NCBI GenBank assembly: GCA_951406725.2
Contig: OX597840.1
Coordinates: 22,630,001-22,694,000, forward strand
Source: Octopus vulgaris
Lineage: Eukaryota
Direction of reading: 5' to 3'
Length of the DNA stretch: 64,000 nt
Within the stretch, counting starts at the first letter, position 1. Each line of letters begins with the position of its first letter. The notes under the pieces were generated by a model, which did no database searches, was not told the origin of the DNA, and saw only the letters and a program-made list of their open reading frames with translations. Made by a program: the position numbers and the translations under genes. Positions 25,300 to 43,512 of the stretch are shown one piece after another.

Positions 25300-26254
25300 A
25301 TACGAACAGCCATGCTACACGGCAGTGAAACATGGGCGGTGACTGCTGAAGATATGCGTAAGCTCGCAAGAAATGAAGCCAGTATGCTCCGATGGATGTG
25401 TAATGTCAGTGTTCATACTAGACAGAGTGTAAGTACTTTGAGAGAAAAGTTGGACCTAAGAAGCATCAGTTGTGGTGTGCAAGAGAGACGTTTGCACTGG
25501 TATGGTCATGTGGCGAGAATGGATGTAGATAGTTGTTTGAAACAGTGCCACGCCCTAGCGGTTGAGGGAACCTGTGGAAGAGGTAGACCCAGGAAAACCT
25601 GGGACGAGGTAGTGAAGCACGACCTTCGAACTTTAGGTTTCACCGAGGAAATGACTAGAGACCGAGACCTTTGGAAGTATGCTGTGCGTGAGAAGACCCG
25701 GCAGGACAAGTGAGGCCATAATTCCGTGGCCTCTACCTGGGATGTAGCCAGCCCACTTATGCATTCCTTTCCTTCTTGGGACACAAAGCTCCACTTGTGA
25801 AGACCTGTTGAGGCAAGTGAAAATCAAAATCGTATTCAATCAACATCAATGGAATTTGTAGCTGTGATACCAGTGCTGGTGGCACGTAAGAGAACCATCC
25901 GAACGTGGCCATAGCCAGCACCGCCCTAACTGGCCTCCGTGCCGGTGGCACGTAAAAAGCACCATCCGATTCGTGGCCGTTGCCAGCTTCGTCTGGTCTC
26001 CGTGCTGGTGGCACGTAAAAATCACCATCCGATCGTGGCCGTTTGCCAGCATCGTCTGGCACCTGTACCGGCGGCACGTAAAAAGCACCCACTACATTCA
26101 CAGAGTGGTTGGCGTTAGGAAGGGCATTCAGCTGTAGAAACACTGCCAAATCAGACTGGGCCTGGTGCAGCCTTCTGGCTTTCCAGACCCCAGTTGAACC
26201 GTCCAACCCATGCTAGCATAGAAAGTGGACGTTAAATGATGATGATGATGATGA
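25300..26254 (+). mobile_element. 5'-truncated RTE LINE (C-terminal coding region, 3' UTR, (GAT)n tail)
   Basis: RTAMLHGSETWAVTAEDMRKLARNEASMLRWMC...GRGRPRKTWDEVVKHD, stop at 25713; tail at ~26237-26254. Confidence 0.92.
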
Positions 26255-26276
26255 TATATATATATATATAGAAATA

Positions 26277-27215
26277 GGGTTGGCAACTAAGTTCCCGCCG
26301 TTTTTTTTTATTTAAATTGTTTAAAAGGTTTAATGATTAAATAACAACTAATTAATCAATAATGTATTCACTTTTGTTGTTTACAACTTCTTCCCAATGT
26401 TCAAAAAGATTTTCAATACCTTGTTGGTAGAAATCACTCGATTTCGACTCGAAAAATTGATCCAACTAAGCTCTCAATTCTGTATCAGTACTGAACGAAA
26501 CTCTGTGCATAGCATTTGAAAGAGATCGAAAGAGGTAGAAATCCGTTGGTACAAAATCAGGAGAGTACGGCGGATGTGGCAGTACTTTCCAATCATGCGT
26601 TTGAATTGCTTCCTTGGTCATATTGGCGATATGTGGGGTGGGCAATGCTGTGCAGCAGAAGAACTCATGCTGCCGATTAAATCTTTTCTCTTGAATAGCC
26701 GTGTTGAGTCGTTCCATCTCTTGAACATAGAATTCTGCATTGACCATGTGGTTCCATTCAAGCAATTCGTAAGGTATAATCCCCTTCCAGTCCGACCATA
26801 CGCACAACATCATTTTATGCAGATGGAGATCTTGTTTCATGTGCAGTGTCGCTTGTTTACCAGAGCTCAGCCATTCCTTTCCGCTGCTTCATTTTGATGT
26901 ACAGGCACCATATTATGTCGCCTGTGATGATTCGGTAAATAAATCGTTGCTTTTGTCCATGAGTTGAGCGGTGATGAGCAAGCAAACCTGCAGAGATTGT
27001 GGCTCATTGATTTTTGTTGTTGTCACTTAAAGCATTCGGAACCCATCCTCCATACATCTGCACCTTTCCCATCGAATAAAGATGCTTCTCTATAGCAGTG
27101 TGGGAGCATTCCATTTTCTCTCATATTTCCCTTGCCTTTTGACAAGGATTTTAGTGCAAAAGTCGGTTTAATTGCTCTTCCTCGAACTCAACTGGATAGC
27201 CAGAACGAGATTATT
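26277..27215 (-). mobile_element. Mariner (DD34D-type) transposon, 5'-truncated relic
   Basis: MLCVWSDWKGII, WKVLPHPPYSPDFVPTDFYLFRSLSN (YSPDLAP-like motif). Probable 3' TIR TA|GGGTTGGCAACTAAGTTCCCGCCG at 26277. Confidence 0.88.
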
Positions 27216-27219
27216 AATT

Positions 27220-27690
27220 ATCATCATCATCATCATCGTTTAGCGTCCGTTTTCCATGCTAGCATGGGTTGGACGGTTCTACTGGGGTCTGTGAAGCCAG
27301 AAGGCTTCATCAGGCCCAGTCAAATCTGGCAGTGTTTCTACAGCTGGATGCCCTTCCTAACGCCAACCACTCCGTGAGTGTAGTGGGTGCTTTTTATGTG
27401 CCACCCGCATAGGTGCCAGACAGAGCTGGCAAACGGCCACGAACGGATGGTGCTTTTTATGTGCCACCGGCATGAGGCCAGTCGGGGCGGCGCTGGCAAT
27501 GGTCGCGAAACGGAAGGTTCTCTTACATGCCACCAGCACTGGTAACACATCTGCAATTTCCATTGATCGATTTCGATTCTGATCCTCACTTGCCTCAACA
27601 GGTCTTCACAAGTAGAGTTTTGTGTCCCAAGAAGGGAAGGTATGCATACGTAGGCTGGCTCCATCCCATGTAGAAGGCCACGGGTTATGG
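27220..27690 (-). mobile_element. RTE LINE 3' UTR fragment with (GAT)n tail
   Basis: Reverse-complement match to 25720-26254. Confidence 0.9.
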
Positions 27691-28043
27691 CAGTTGAAAA
27701 TCGAACAGCGGACACTCTATTACAGATTATACGCGAGCGTATATTGCCTGGTACAACAATAATATCCGACCTTTGGCGTTCGTATAATACACTCAGTCAG
27801 CTAGGATACAGACATTTGACCGTGAATCATTCTATAAATTTTGTTGATCCGGTAACATTTGCCACAACCAACCACATAGAATGTTTATGGAAACACGTAA
27901 AGACTCGAAATAGGAGAGAATGTGGAACAGCCAGAAATTTACTTCAGACCCATCTCATCGAATTCATGTGGCGCTATGAATTTAAGGATGATATATTCGG
28001 GAAGTTGATAGAACAAATTCGACAGCTATATCCATGTATTTGA
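27690..28043 (+). mobile_element. Merlin / IS1016-ISXO2-like transposase C-terminal fragment
   Basis: VENRTADTLLQIIRERILPGTTIISDLWRSY...HLTVNHSINFVDP...TNHIECLW...EFMWR matches the Merlin/IS1595 DDE signature (SD, VNH, TNxIE). N-terminus is absent at the RTE junction. Confidence 0.88.
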
Positions 28044-28137
28044 GCATAAGTATCAAGACAGAATGAGTATCGCATTTATTTTTAAACTTAACTTCAAGTT
28101 TATATTTTGATAATCTCACCGTTGAAAATGATATTTG

Positions 28138-28233
28138 AAAATAATTTGCGTTTATTAATTTGATATATTTGATTTTTACATTCTAAATAATTTGCGTTTA
28201 TTAATTTGATATATTTGATTTTTACATTCTAAA
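28138..28233. repeat. Two-copy ~46-bp perfect tandem duplication
   Basis: AAATAATTTGCGTTTATTAATTTGATATATTTGATTTTTACATTCT x2. Confidence 0.9.
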
Positions 28234-29149
28234 TTCATTTTTCGAAAACTTCATGTAAAAAATAAGAGAAATGCTATTGATATTTAAAATGTATGAATTT
28301 TTTTCTGAAAAATGTACACACGTACACATTTTATATCTATTATATGTGTGTGTGTGTATCTATCTATCTATCTGTATGTATGTATATAATGTATAGTGGT
28401 TAAGAAAAAAGACCGATAGAATAAGTTCTGGGGTCGATTTGTGCGACTAAAGGCGGTAAAAATACATGTATATATTATATATATGTATGTATTAAATATA
28501 TATATATGTATATATACATGTATATTATATATATGTGTGTATGTATGTATATATATATACATACATACAAGCTTTTACTTGCATTTCAGTGGTACGTAAA
28601 TAAACGGCGTAAATAAACGAAAGACGACGTAAATACACGAAGTTGACGTCTGACGTCAGATTTCTCTACTTTCACTTCTGACACCCAAAGGCATGACAGT
28701 GCCGCTACTCGTCATTCACTTTGTTGCCTCCATCTCTGTACTTTACTCTTTTCTTTTCCAATAAGTCTTGTTCCTTTCGTGAAGTAGAAGACATCTCGTT
28801 TTATAAGTAACAAATATTCAATCATGCCACATTCCCTAATACAATAAGCAGAAATGTAACCAAGGAAGGCAACATGTAGTTATTCTACTGTTTACCATAC
28901 GATATAGCGACTTCCTGTTACACGTATTTGTAAAGATATTATGTTTACATTATGAAAAGGAATAGTGGTTACATGATAACATCCGTTGCGCATCATGCAT
29001 ATTTCTATACCGCATACAAATGGCTATGTTTAGTACATAGCGATACATGCATGCACACAATGCACAGAGAAAGACGCATGTAGGAAAATAGATATAATGT
29101 GGGGATTTAAGAGTGTGTAGCGTCAGGAGCATTCATGTGCAGGAAATTG

Positions 29150-29325
29150 ACAGGGGCTGTGTAGAAGATTATCCATTACGAACTGATTGAACAGAGCCAA
29201 ACGGTCAACGTGGAACTCTATGTTCAACGGATGGAACAACACAACACGGCTATTCAAGAGAAAAGACCTAATCAGTAGCATGGAGCTCCTCTGCATCATG
29301 ACAACGTCTTCCCTCATATCACCAA
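29150..29325 (+). pseudogene. Second mariner transposase fragment
   Basis: HYELIEQSQTVNVELYVQRME...AIQEKRP...LHHDNVFPH, homologous to 26640-26780. Confidence 0.7.
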
Positions 29326-29476
29326 ATTCAGATAGAGAGAGATTTTTTAAGGAGGTCTGTTTGACTATCTATCTATCTATCTATATATATATTTCTCTCT
29401 CTGTTTCACTCTCTCTCTCTCATATATATATATTTATATATATCAATAATAATAAAGGATGAAATTAATTAATCAA

Positions 29477-29576
29477 NNNNNNNNNNNNNNNNNNNNNNNN
29501 NNNNNNNNNNNNNNNNNNNNNNNNNNNNNNNNNNNNNNNNNNNNNNNNNNNNNNNNNNNNNNNNNNNNNNNNNNNN
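29477..29576. other. Assembly gap (100 N)
   Basis: Run of N. Confidence 1.
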
Positions 29577-29612
29577 ACAGGAATAAATTTGGAAATGAAA
29601 AACATTTACCAT

Positions 29613-29703
29613 CTAGTTTCCTGGAGCAATTGGTTTCTAATCACCTTTTAGCGAGTCATGGAGAACTCACAAGGTTTGATTTTCTTCAGCAGGTCCAACC
29701 TAG
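29613..29703 (-). ncRNA. Inverted second copy of the hammerhead motif (cleavage triplet GTC>CTC)
   Basis: Reverse complement reads CCTG-CTGAAGA-...-GAAACCAATTG-CTC-CAGG. Confidence 0.7.
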
Positions 29704-30007
29704 TGTTAAACATATCCACACGAGACAATCAAGGCTACTTGTCTCGTGTTTATACGAACTAACTTTTCGAATTTACTGCGCAGACGCAGTCCTTCGTTGG
29801 CTACGATAAAAACCGCCAACTTATTAACCGAAAATTATCCAAAAACTTACAGTATTTAATCATATCAAAGGGAAATGGAATTTAATTAAAATTAAAAACA
29901 TTCAATTAAAATTTACATTTCCAGTGGTCTAATGCGTAAAAAATTTAATTAAAAAGACAAAACACGAGACAGGTAGCCTTGATTGTCTCGTGTGGATATG
30001 TTTAACA

Positions 30008-30098
30008 CTAGGTTGGGCCTGCTGAAGAAAATCAAACCTTGTGAGTTCTCCGTGACTCGCTAAAAGGTGATTAGAAACCAATTGGTCCAGGAAACTAG
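30008..30098 (+). ncRNA. Type I hammerhead ribozyme motif with intact core nucleotides
   Basis: Stem I CCTG/CAGG (extended by CTAG-TT/AA-CTAG); CTGAAGA at 30022-30028; long stem II AATC/GATT, ACCTT/AAGGT, GTGAGT/ACTCGC; GAAAC at 30074-30078; palindromic ACCAATTGGT; GTC at 30085-30087. A.A mismatch at the first stem II pair. Confidence 0.8.
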
Positions 30099-30363
30099 AT
30101 GGTACATGTTTTTCATTTCCAAATTTATTCCTGTCGAATTTTATCCCGAATTTTTTGTGGTCATAGAACTTAGCTGTTCTTTCTAGCACGTAGAATCCCT
30201 ATAAGTGGATTCTCTACGTGTTTAAATACACACTATATATATAGTGTCTTTTTAGTCTTTTTGACTAAACCTTTTTACGCGTCAGACCACTGGAAATGTA
30301 AATTTTAATTGAATGTTTTTAATTTTAATTAAATTCCCTTTCTCCTTGATATGATTAAATACT

Positions 30364-32779
<2,416 letters not shown>

Positions 32780-35622
32780 GCTGGACACAAAGTACACCTC
32801 ACCTCGATACTCCTACTGAACATCAGAGGACTACTAACACACAGTAACAGGACAAAAGATCCCGTTCCTGAGAGACTTTGTTGCATGCAATCAAGCCTTA
32901 TGCATAGCACTCACAGAAACGCATCTGAAACCGGACATAGCAGATGCGGAATTACACATACCACAGTATGTGTACTACGGACCGACAGGAAAGAGAGTCA
33001 TGGAGGTTGCTATGTACATCCGTGAGGACCTCACACCCCAGGTCCTCTTGTCATACTCAAACTCGGTGTGTGACACACTAATTGTACACATAAGGCAACT
33101 TGATGTAGTTGTGTGTGCTACATATCGCCCTCCAGATGCCCCAAGCCATGTGGGCAAGTTTGAAGACTGCCTTATAAAATAGAAGAAGTTCTAACCACAT
33201 TAGAACAACACATAGTGTACTTCTCATGGGAGACTTCAATCTACCGAATGTCAGATGGCCCGAGGGCCTTTCTCTCCCAGGAATGACAAGATGTGAACGA
33301 GGACAGGCGAGGTCCCTCCTGAACCTCACCAACACCCTGTACATGGAGCAAGTAATACTGCAACCAACCAGGGCAGGTAACACACTGGATCTCTGCTTCA
33401 CAAATAATATGGATCTCATCCATAATGTGAAAGTGACACCGACACTACTCTCGGATCACAACATGGTAGAGCTGACCATGTACGGGCCAAAAGAGAGCAC
33501 GGACATGCAGCCTACAAGAAACCCTCAGAATCTTTCCAGCTTGAACTACCATAAGGCAAACTGGAAACAAATTGAGAAAGAGATCCTCAAACAAAACTGG
33601 CCTAAATGTCTCTCCTCGCAGGACATCGACATGATACTTCAACAATTCATGTCTGTAATGCAAGCCATATGCTACAAATGTGTCCCAGAGAGAAGGCCAC
33701 TGACACAAGAACAAAATCCCCAGAGAGATTGTACAAAATTTCAAATCGCCTAAACAAACAATTGAAAGCAGTGAAAAGTCCCGCTAAAAATAAAACTGTT
33801 GGAAATTGAAAATGTCTGCAACTCTCCCATGAAAAGGAAAGAGCAGACAAAGAAGCCTGGGCTATAGCATAAAAACTAACCCAGAGCTTTCTACAGGTAT
33901 GCCAAAGAAACAGCTACGGTGCACTGTAGAATAGGGCCACTCCTTGAAAAGGATGGCACACTCACAGGAAAACCAATGAGGGTAAGTGAAATACTGAATG
34001 AACAATTCAAGAGTGTTTTCACTCCACCCCTTGATCCAAATCAGCAATCCAACTGACTTTTTACCACTGCAGATATAGAATCAGAGGCGGCGACGATAAA
34101 TTACATCGATATAAAGGAAGACGATGTAAAAGGCTATAGATGAAATGAAAATAGACTCAGCTATTGGCCCCGATGGATGGCAATCCTCCTAAAAGTATGT
34201 AGAGAGTCCTAGCAAGACCACTGCAGTTCCTCTTTCAGAGCTTCCTTGCAGCTGGCAAACTTCCAAGGACTGAAGGAAGGTAAAATATGCCCTATTCATA
34301 AAGGAGGAAGCAGAGCGGAGCCAAGAACTATCTCTCTGACCTCACACATCAGCAAGGTCATGGAACGAATAGTCAGAAGGACTAATCACCTTCCTTGAAG
34401 AGAATGACTTGCTGCCTGACACCCAACATGGTTTCCGACCAGGAAGAAGCTGCTTAACTCAGCTCTGCAACACTATGACTGGGTGCTGAAACAACTGCTC
34501 AACCACTCAAATGTGGAAGTGATATATCTCGACTGGGCCTTCGATAAAGTCGATCATGGAATGATATGTCACAAACTGCGTGATCAACATAGTTGGAAAA
34601 CTAGGAGAATGGCTTCACGACTTTCTGAAGAATAGAAGTCAGGTGGTAGTAGCCAATGGGGCCACTTCCATTAGCAATAGTGAGCGGTGTTCCGCAGGGC
34701 ACTGTTTTGGGACCACTACTGTTCATAATGGCCCTCTCAGACATGCCCTCAGCCACGCAGAGAGCCACGATCACAAGTTATGCAGATGATACAAAAGTTT
34801 CACAGGCAATACAGAACCCTGAGGACACTAAACACCTGCAATGAGCTGGACGAAATATACAAGTGGGCTGAAAAGAATAGCATGCAGTTCAATGCTGGAA
34901 AGTTTCAAGCTTTATACTATCAGCATGCAAAACTAGAAACAAAGCCAATGATGGAGGCACAATCAGTGCGTGACTCTGGAAGACACTTGTCCTAAGCCAC
35001 TTTCTGACTATTGCTCTCAGCTATGGTCACCATCCAGTGTCAAGTTGATCACAGAACTTGAGGCGATCCAACGAAGCTACACAAAGAAGATAGCCTCTAT
35101 GCAGAATGTAAGCTACTGAGAAAGACTCAAGAGATTAAAATTATATTCCCTGGAGCGCAGGCAGGAAGAATATGCCATAATATACATCTGGAAGATCCTG
35201 GAGGAAGTGTCCTGAACTTTGGCATCGAGAGTTACGCAAATGCAGAACTGGGCGCCACTGCGTGGTGCCTAGGACTCCAAACCTGCCATCAAGATGTGGG
35301 ACAAGATTCTGTGATAGCCTGGGCTTCAGGCTCACAGCTCTTCAATATCCTCCCGAAGAACCTGAGAGACCTGCATGGGGTGGATACAGATGTCTTTAAA
35401 ATGAAGCTGGATCTCTTCCTGTCAGGTGTCCCAGATGAACCAACTTCACGGCAGGAGGGGCAGATGAGGGCAGCTGCATCTGAAACTCTCTCATGCACAA
35501 ATAGCAGTTGCTAGAAAGCCTCCATGAAGTGAAACAAGTAGCAACACCAATGGCCGGTGCCCCAGCATGGCCACAGCTCATAAGCTGAAACTAGAATCAA
35601 TCAATCAATCAATCAATCAATC
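32780..35622 (+). mobile_element. CR1/L2-like LINE family B, copy 1 (EN+RT, many small deletions), (AATC)n tail
   Basis: Colinear with the reverse complement of 39463-42540. [37 protein letters not shown]. Flanked by (TA)n on both sides. Confidence 0.93.
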
Positions 35623-39465
<3,843 letters not shown>

Positions 39466-39556
39466 ATTGATTGATTGATTGATTGATTCTAGTTTCAGCT
39501 TATGAGCTGTGGCCATGCTGGGGCACCGCCATTTGGTGTTGCTACTTGGTTTCACT

Positions 39557-42551
39557 TCATGGAGGCTTTCTAGCAACTGCTATTTGGTGCATGAGAGAGT
39601 TCGATGCAGCTGCGCTCATCTGCCCCTCCTGCCGTGAAGTTGGTTCATCTGGGACACCTGACAGGAAGAGATCCAGCTTCATTTTAAAGACATCTGTATT
39701 CACCCCATGCAGGTCTCTCAGGTTCTTCGGGAGGATATTGAAGAGCTGTGGGCCTCGGAAGCCCAGGCTATCACAGAATCTTGTCCTACATCTTGATGGC
39801 AGGTTTGGAGTCCTAGGCACCACGCAGTGGCGCCCAGTTCTGGCATTTGCGTAACTCTCGATGCCAAAGTTCAGGACACTTCCCTCCAGGATCTTCCAGA
39901 TGTATATTATGGCATATCTTTCCCGCCTACGCTCCAGGGAATATAATTTTAATCTCTTGAGTCTTTCCCAGTAGCTTACATTCTGCATAGAGGCTATCTT
40001 CTTTGTGTAGCTTCGTTGGATTGCCTCAAGTTCTGTGATCAACTTGACACTGGATGGTGACCATAGCTGAGAGCAATAGTCAAAGTGGCTTAGGACAAGT
40101 GTCTTCCAGAGGACCATCATGGTTTCTTGTTCTCTTGTTCTAAAGGTTCTAAGAATCCATCCAGCCAGCCGTCTACATTTCATTGTCAGTTTAGCAACAT
40201 GTACATGAAAGGTCGCGTCATCACTCATGTGAATACCCAGGTCACGCACTGATTGTGCCTCTGGGATTGCAATCCCTCCGGGTCAGTGTATTCATTGGGT
40301 ATTGCATTCAGTTTTGCATGCTGATAGTATAAAGCTTGAAACTTTCCAGCATTGAACTGCATGCTATTCTTTTCAGCCCACTTGTATATTTCGTCCAGCT
40401 CACATTGCAGGTGTTTAGTGTCCTCAGAGTTCTGTATTGCCTGTGAAACTTTTGTATCATCTGCATAACTTGTGATCGTGGCTCTCTGCGTGGCTGAGGG
40501 CATGTCTGAGAGGGCCATTATGAACAGTAGTGGTCCCAGAACAGTGCCCTGCGGAACACCGCTCACTATTTGTGTGTTAATGGAGGTGGCCCCATTGGCT
40601 ACTACCACCTGACTTCTATCCTTCAGAAAGTCATGAAGCCATTCTCCCAGTTTTCCAACTATGTTGAGATCACGCAGTTTGTGACATATCATTCCATGAT
40701 CGACTTTATCAAAGGCCTTTGCAAAGTCGAGATATATCACTTCCACATTTGAGTGGTTGAGCAGCCGTTTCAGCACCCAGTCATAGTGTTGTAGGAGCTG
40801 AGTTAAACAGCTTCTCCCTGGTCGGAAACCATGTTGGGTGTCGGGCAGCAAGTCATTCTCTTCAAGGAAGGTGATCAGCTTCCTTCTGACTATTCGTTCC
40901 ATGACCTTGCTGATGTGTGAGGTCAGAGAGATAGGTCTATAGTTCTTGGCTTCCGCTCTGCTACCTCCTTTATGAATGGGGCATATTTTACCTTCCTTCA
41001 GTTTTCCTGGAAGTTTGCCAGCTGCAAGGAAGCTCTGAAAGAGGAACTGCAGTGGTCTTGCTAGGACTCTCTTACATGCTTTTAGGAGGATTGCCGGGAA
41101 TCCATCGGGGCCAGTAGCTGAGTCTGTTTTCATTTCATCTATAGCCTTGGTTACATCGTCTTCCTTTATATCGATGTAATCTATCGTCGCCGCCTCTGAT
41201 TTTATATCTGCAGTGGTAAAAAAGTCAGTTGGATTGGTGATTTGGAGATGCCCAAGGGGTGGAGTGAAAACACTCTTGAATTGCTCATTCAGTATTTCAC
41301 TTACCCTCATTGGTTTTCCTGTAAGTGTGCCATCCTTTTCGAGGAGTGGCCCTATTCTACAGTGCACTGTAGCTGTTTCTTTGGCATACCTGTAGAAAGC
41401 TCTGGGGTTAGATTTTATGTTTTCTATAGCCCAGGCTTCTTTGTCTGCTCTTTCTTTTTCATGGGAGAGTTGCAGACATTTTTCGATTTCCAACAGTTTT
41501 ATTTTTAGGCGGGACTTTTCACTGCTTTCAATCTGTTTGTTTAGGCGATTTGAAAATTTTGTACGCCGTCTCATTAAAATTTTCCTCTCTCTGGGGATTT
41601 TGTTCTTGTGTACAGTGGCCTTTCTCTCTGGGACACATTTGTAGCATATGGCTTGCATTACAGACATGAATTGTTGAAGTTTCACGTCGATGTCTGGCGA
41701 GGAGAGACATTAGGCCAGTTTTGTTTGAGGATCTCTTTCTCAATTTGTTTCCAGTTTGCCTTATGGTAGTTCAAGCTGGAAAGATTTTGAGGGTTTCTTG
41801 TAGGCTGCATGTCCGTGCTCTCTTTTGGCCCGTACATGGTCAGCTCTATCATGTTGTGATCCGAGAGTAGTGTCGGTGTCACTTTCACATTATGGATGAG
41901 ATCCATGTCATTTGTGAAGCAGAGATCCAGTGTGTTACCTGCCCTGGTTGGTTGGAGTATTACCTGCTCCATGTACAGGGTGTTGATGAGGTTCAGGAGG
42001 GACCTCGCCTGTCCTCGTTCACATCTTGTCATTCCTGGGAGAGAAAGGCCCTCGGGCCATCTGACATTGGGCAGATTGAAGTCTCCCATAAGAAGCACAC
42101 CTATGTGTTGTTCTAATGTGGTTAGAATTTCTTCTATTTTTATAAGGCAGTCTTCAAACTTGCCCACATGGCTTGGGGCATCTGGAGGGCGATATGTAGC
42201 ACACACAACTACATCAAGTTGCCTAAAATGTACAATTAGTGTGTCACACACCGAGTTTGAGTATGACAAGAGGACCTGGGGTGTGAGGTCCTCACGGATG
42301 TACATAGCAACACCTCCATGACTCCTTTCTTTCCTGTCGGTCCGTAGTACAGCATACTGTGGTATGTGTAACTCCGCATCTGCTATGTCCGGTTTCAGGT
42401 GCGTTTCTGTAAGTGCTATGCATAAGGCTTGATTGCATGCAACAAAGTCTCTCAGGAACGGGATCTTTGTCCTGTTACTGAGTGTTTGCAGTCCTCTGAT
42501 GTTCAGTAGGAGCATCGAGGTGAGGTGTACGTTGTTGCCGGGGGTGTCCAT
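39557..42551 (-). CDS. LINE ORF2 (APE endonuclease-reverse transcriptase), broken only by two 1-bp deletions
   Basis: Probable start [21 protein letters not shown]. Frameshifts at ~41711 (CCTAATG vs CCTAAATG in copy 1) and ~40274 (GGTCAG vs GGTCCAG in copy 3). Confidence 0.85.
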
Positions 42552-42627
42552 CCTGTGACTGTTTGCTGTGGTGGTCTGGTATATAGTGGGTAGTCCCACC
42601 TGCGGGCTTGGGTTTGATGAAGCCAGG

Positions 42628-43086
42628 TCAGCTGCTGTACAATCTTTTGTGCCATGCACAAAAAGATTGTTGCTCAGCAGCTGCTCTTTCGACAACATCA
42701 TGTTGGCTGTTTGTGGCGCGCACAACATCTGCGTACCTCCGCTTTGGGGCAGGTGGTGCGTGGTCCATCCCTTTTCTTTGTGTTGACGGTTTGTCCATCT
42801 GCCTCCTGTCTCTGTGGCAGGGTCCCCGATGTGCAAAGCGGCAGCCTGCACCTTCCTTTCCATGCCAGCAGGAACCTCTCAGGTAGAACATACACACCCG
42901 TGTGCGCTGTTTGGTTCCATCCTTTGCGGTTCCACTTCTATTCCTGGTTGGTCCTGCTTGAGCTTTTTCTTTCCCTTTAGCTCTTCCAGTCCTTCTTTTA
43001 GTTCTTCTTCCTCCCTCTACCTCTTCACCGGGTTCTCCGTCTCCATGGCCCTTGCTGCCGGTTGGAGAACTTGCACCATTCTGGCA
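42628..43086 (-). CDS. LINE ORF1 C-terminal part with basic region and CCCH zinc finger (5'-truncated)
   Basis: Frame is open from the junction: ...[17 protein letters not shown]...[26 protein letters not shown] (C-x7-C-x8-C-x3-H). Confidence 0.7.
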   Translation of the reverse strand, partial: CQNGASSPTGSKGHGDGEPGEEVEGGRRTKRRTGRAKGKEKAQAGPTRNRSGTAKDGTKQRTRVCMFYLRGSCWHGKEGAGCRFAHRGPCHRDRRQMDKPSTQRKGMDHAPPAPKRRYADVVRATNSQHDVVERAAAEQQSFCAWHKRLYSS

Positions 43087-43095
43087 TTATATATA

Positions 43096-43153
<58 letters not shown>

Positions 43154-43200
43154 TATATATAATGCCATATATATAGATATAGATATATATAGATATATAT

Positions 43201-43412
43201 AATGCCAGAACTGGGCGCCACTGCGTGGTGCCTAGGACTCCAAACCTGCCATCAAGATGTAGGACAAGATTCTGTGATAGCCTGGGCTTCCGAGGCCCAC
43301 AGCTCTTCAATATCCTCCCGAAGAACCTGAGAGACCTGCATGGGGTGAATACAGATGTCTTTAAAATGAAGCTGGATCTCTTCCTGTCAGGTGTCCCAGA
43401 TGAACCAACTTC
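43201..43412 (+). mobile_element. Inverted fragment of family B 3' region, running into the gap
   Basis: Reverse complement of ~39637-39848, carrying the copy-2 allele GTGAATACA. Confidence 0.9.
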
Positions 43413-43512
43413 NNNNNNNNNNNNNNNNNNNNNNNNNNNNNNNNNNNNNNNNNNNNNNNNNNNNNNNNNNNNNNNNNNNNNNNNNNNNNNNNNNNNNNNN
43501 NNNNNNNNNNNN
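43413..43512. other. Assembly gap (100 N)
   Basis: Run of N. Confidence 1.

Noticed and set aside
29929-30189. 86-aa ORF and its inverted twin at 29577-29809
   Set aside because: No recognisable domain; it is the antisense reading of the hammerhead-bearing repeat.
35567-35592. Hairpin + GAAAC at LINE/SINE 3' ends as a hammerhead
   Set aside because: No CUGANGA core, stem III or NUH site; treated as an RT-recognition stem-loop instead.
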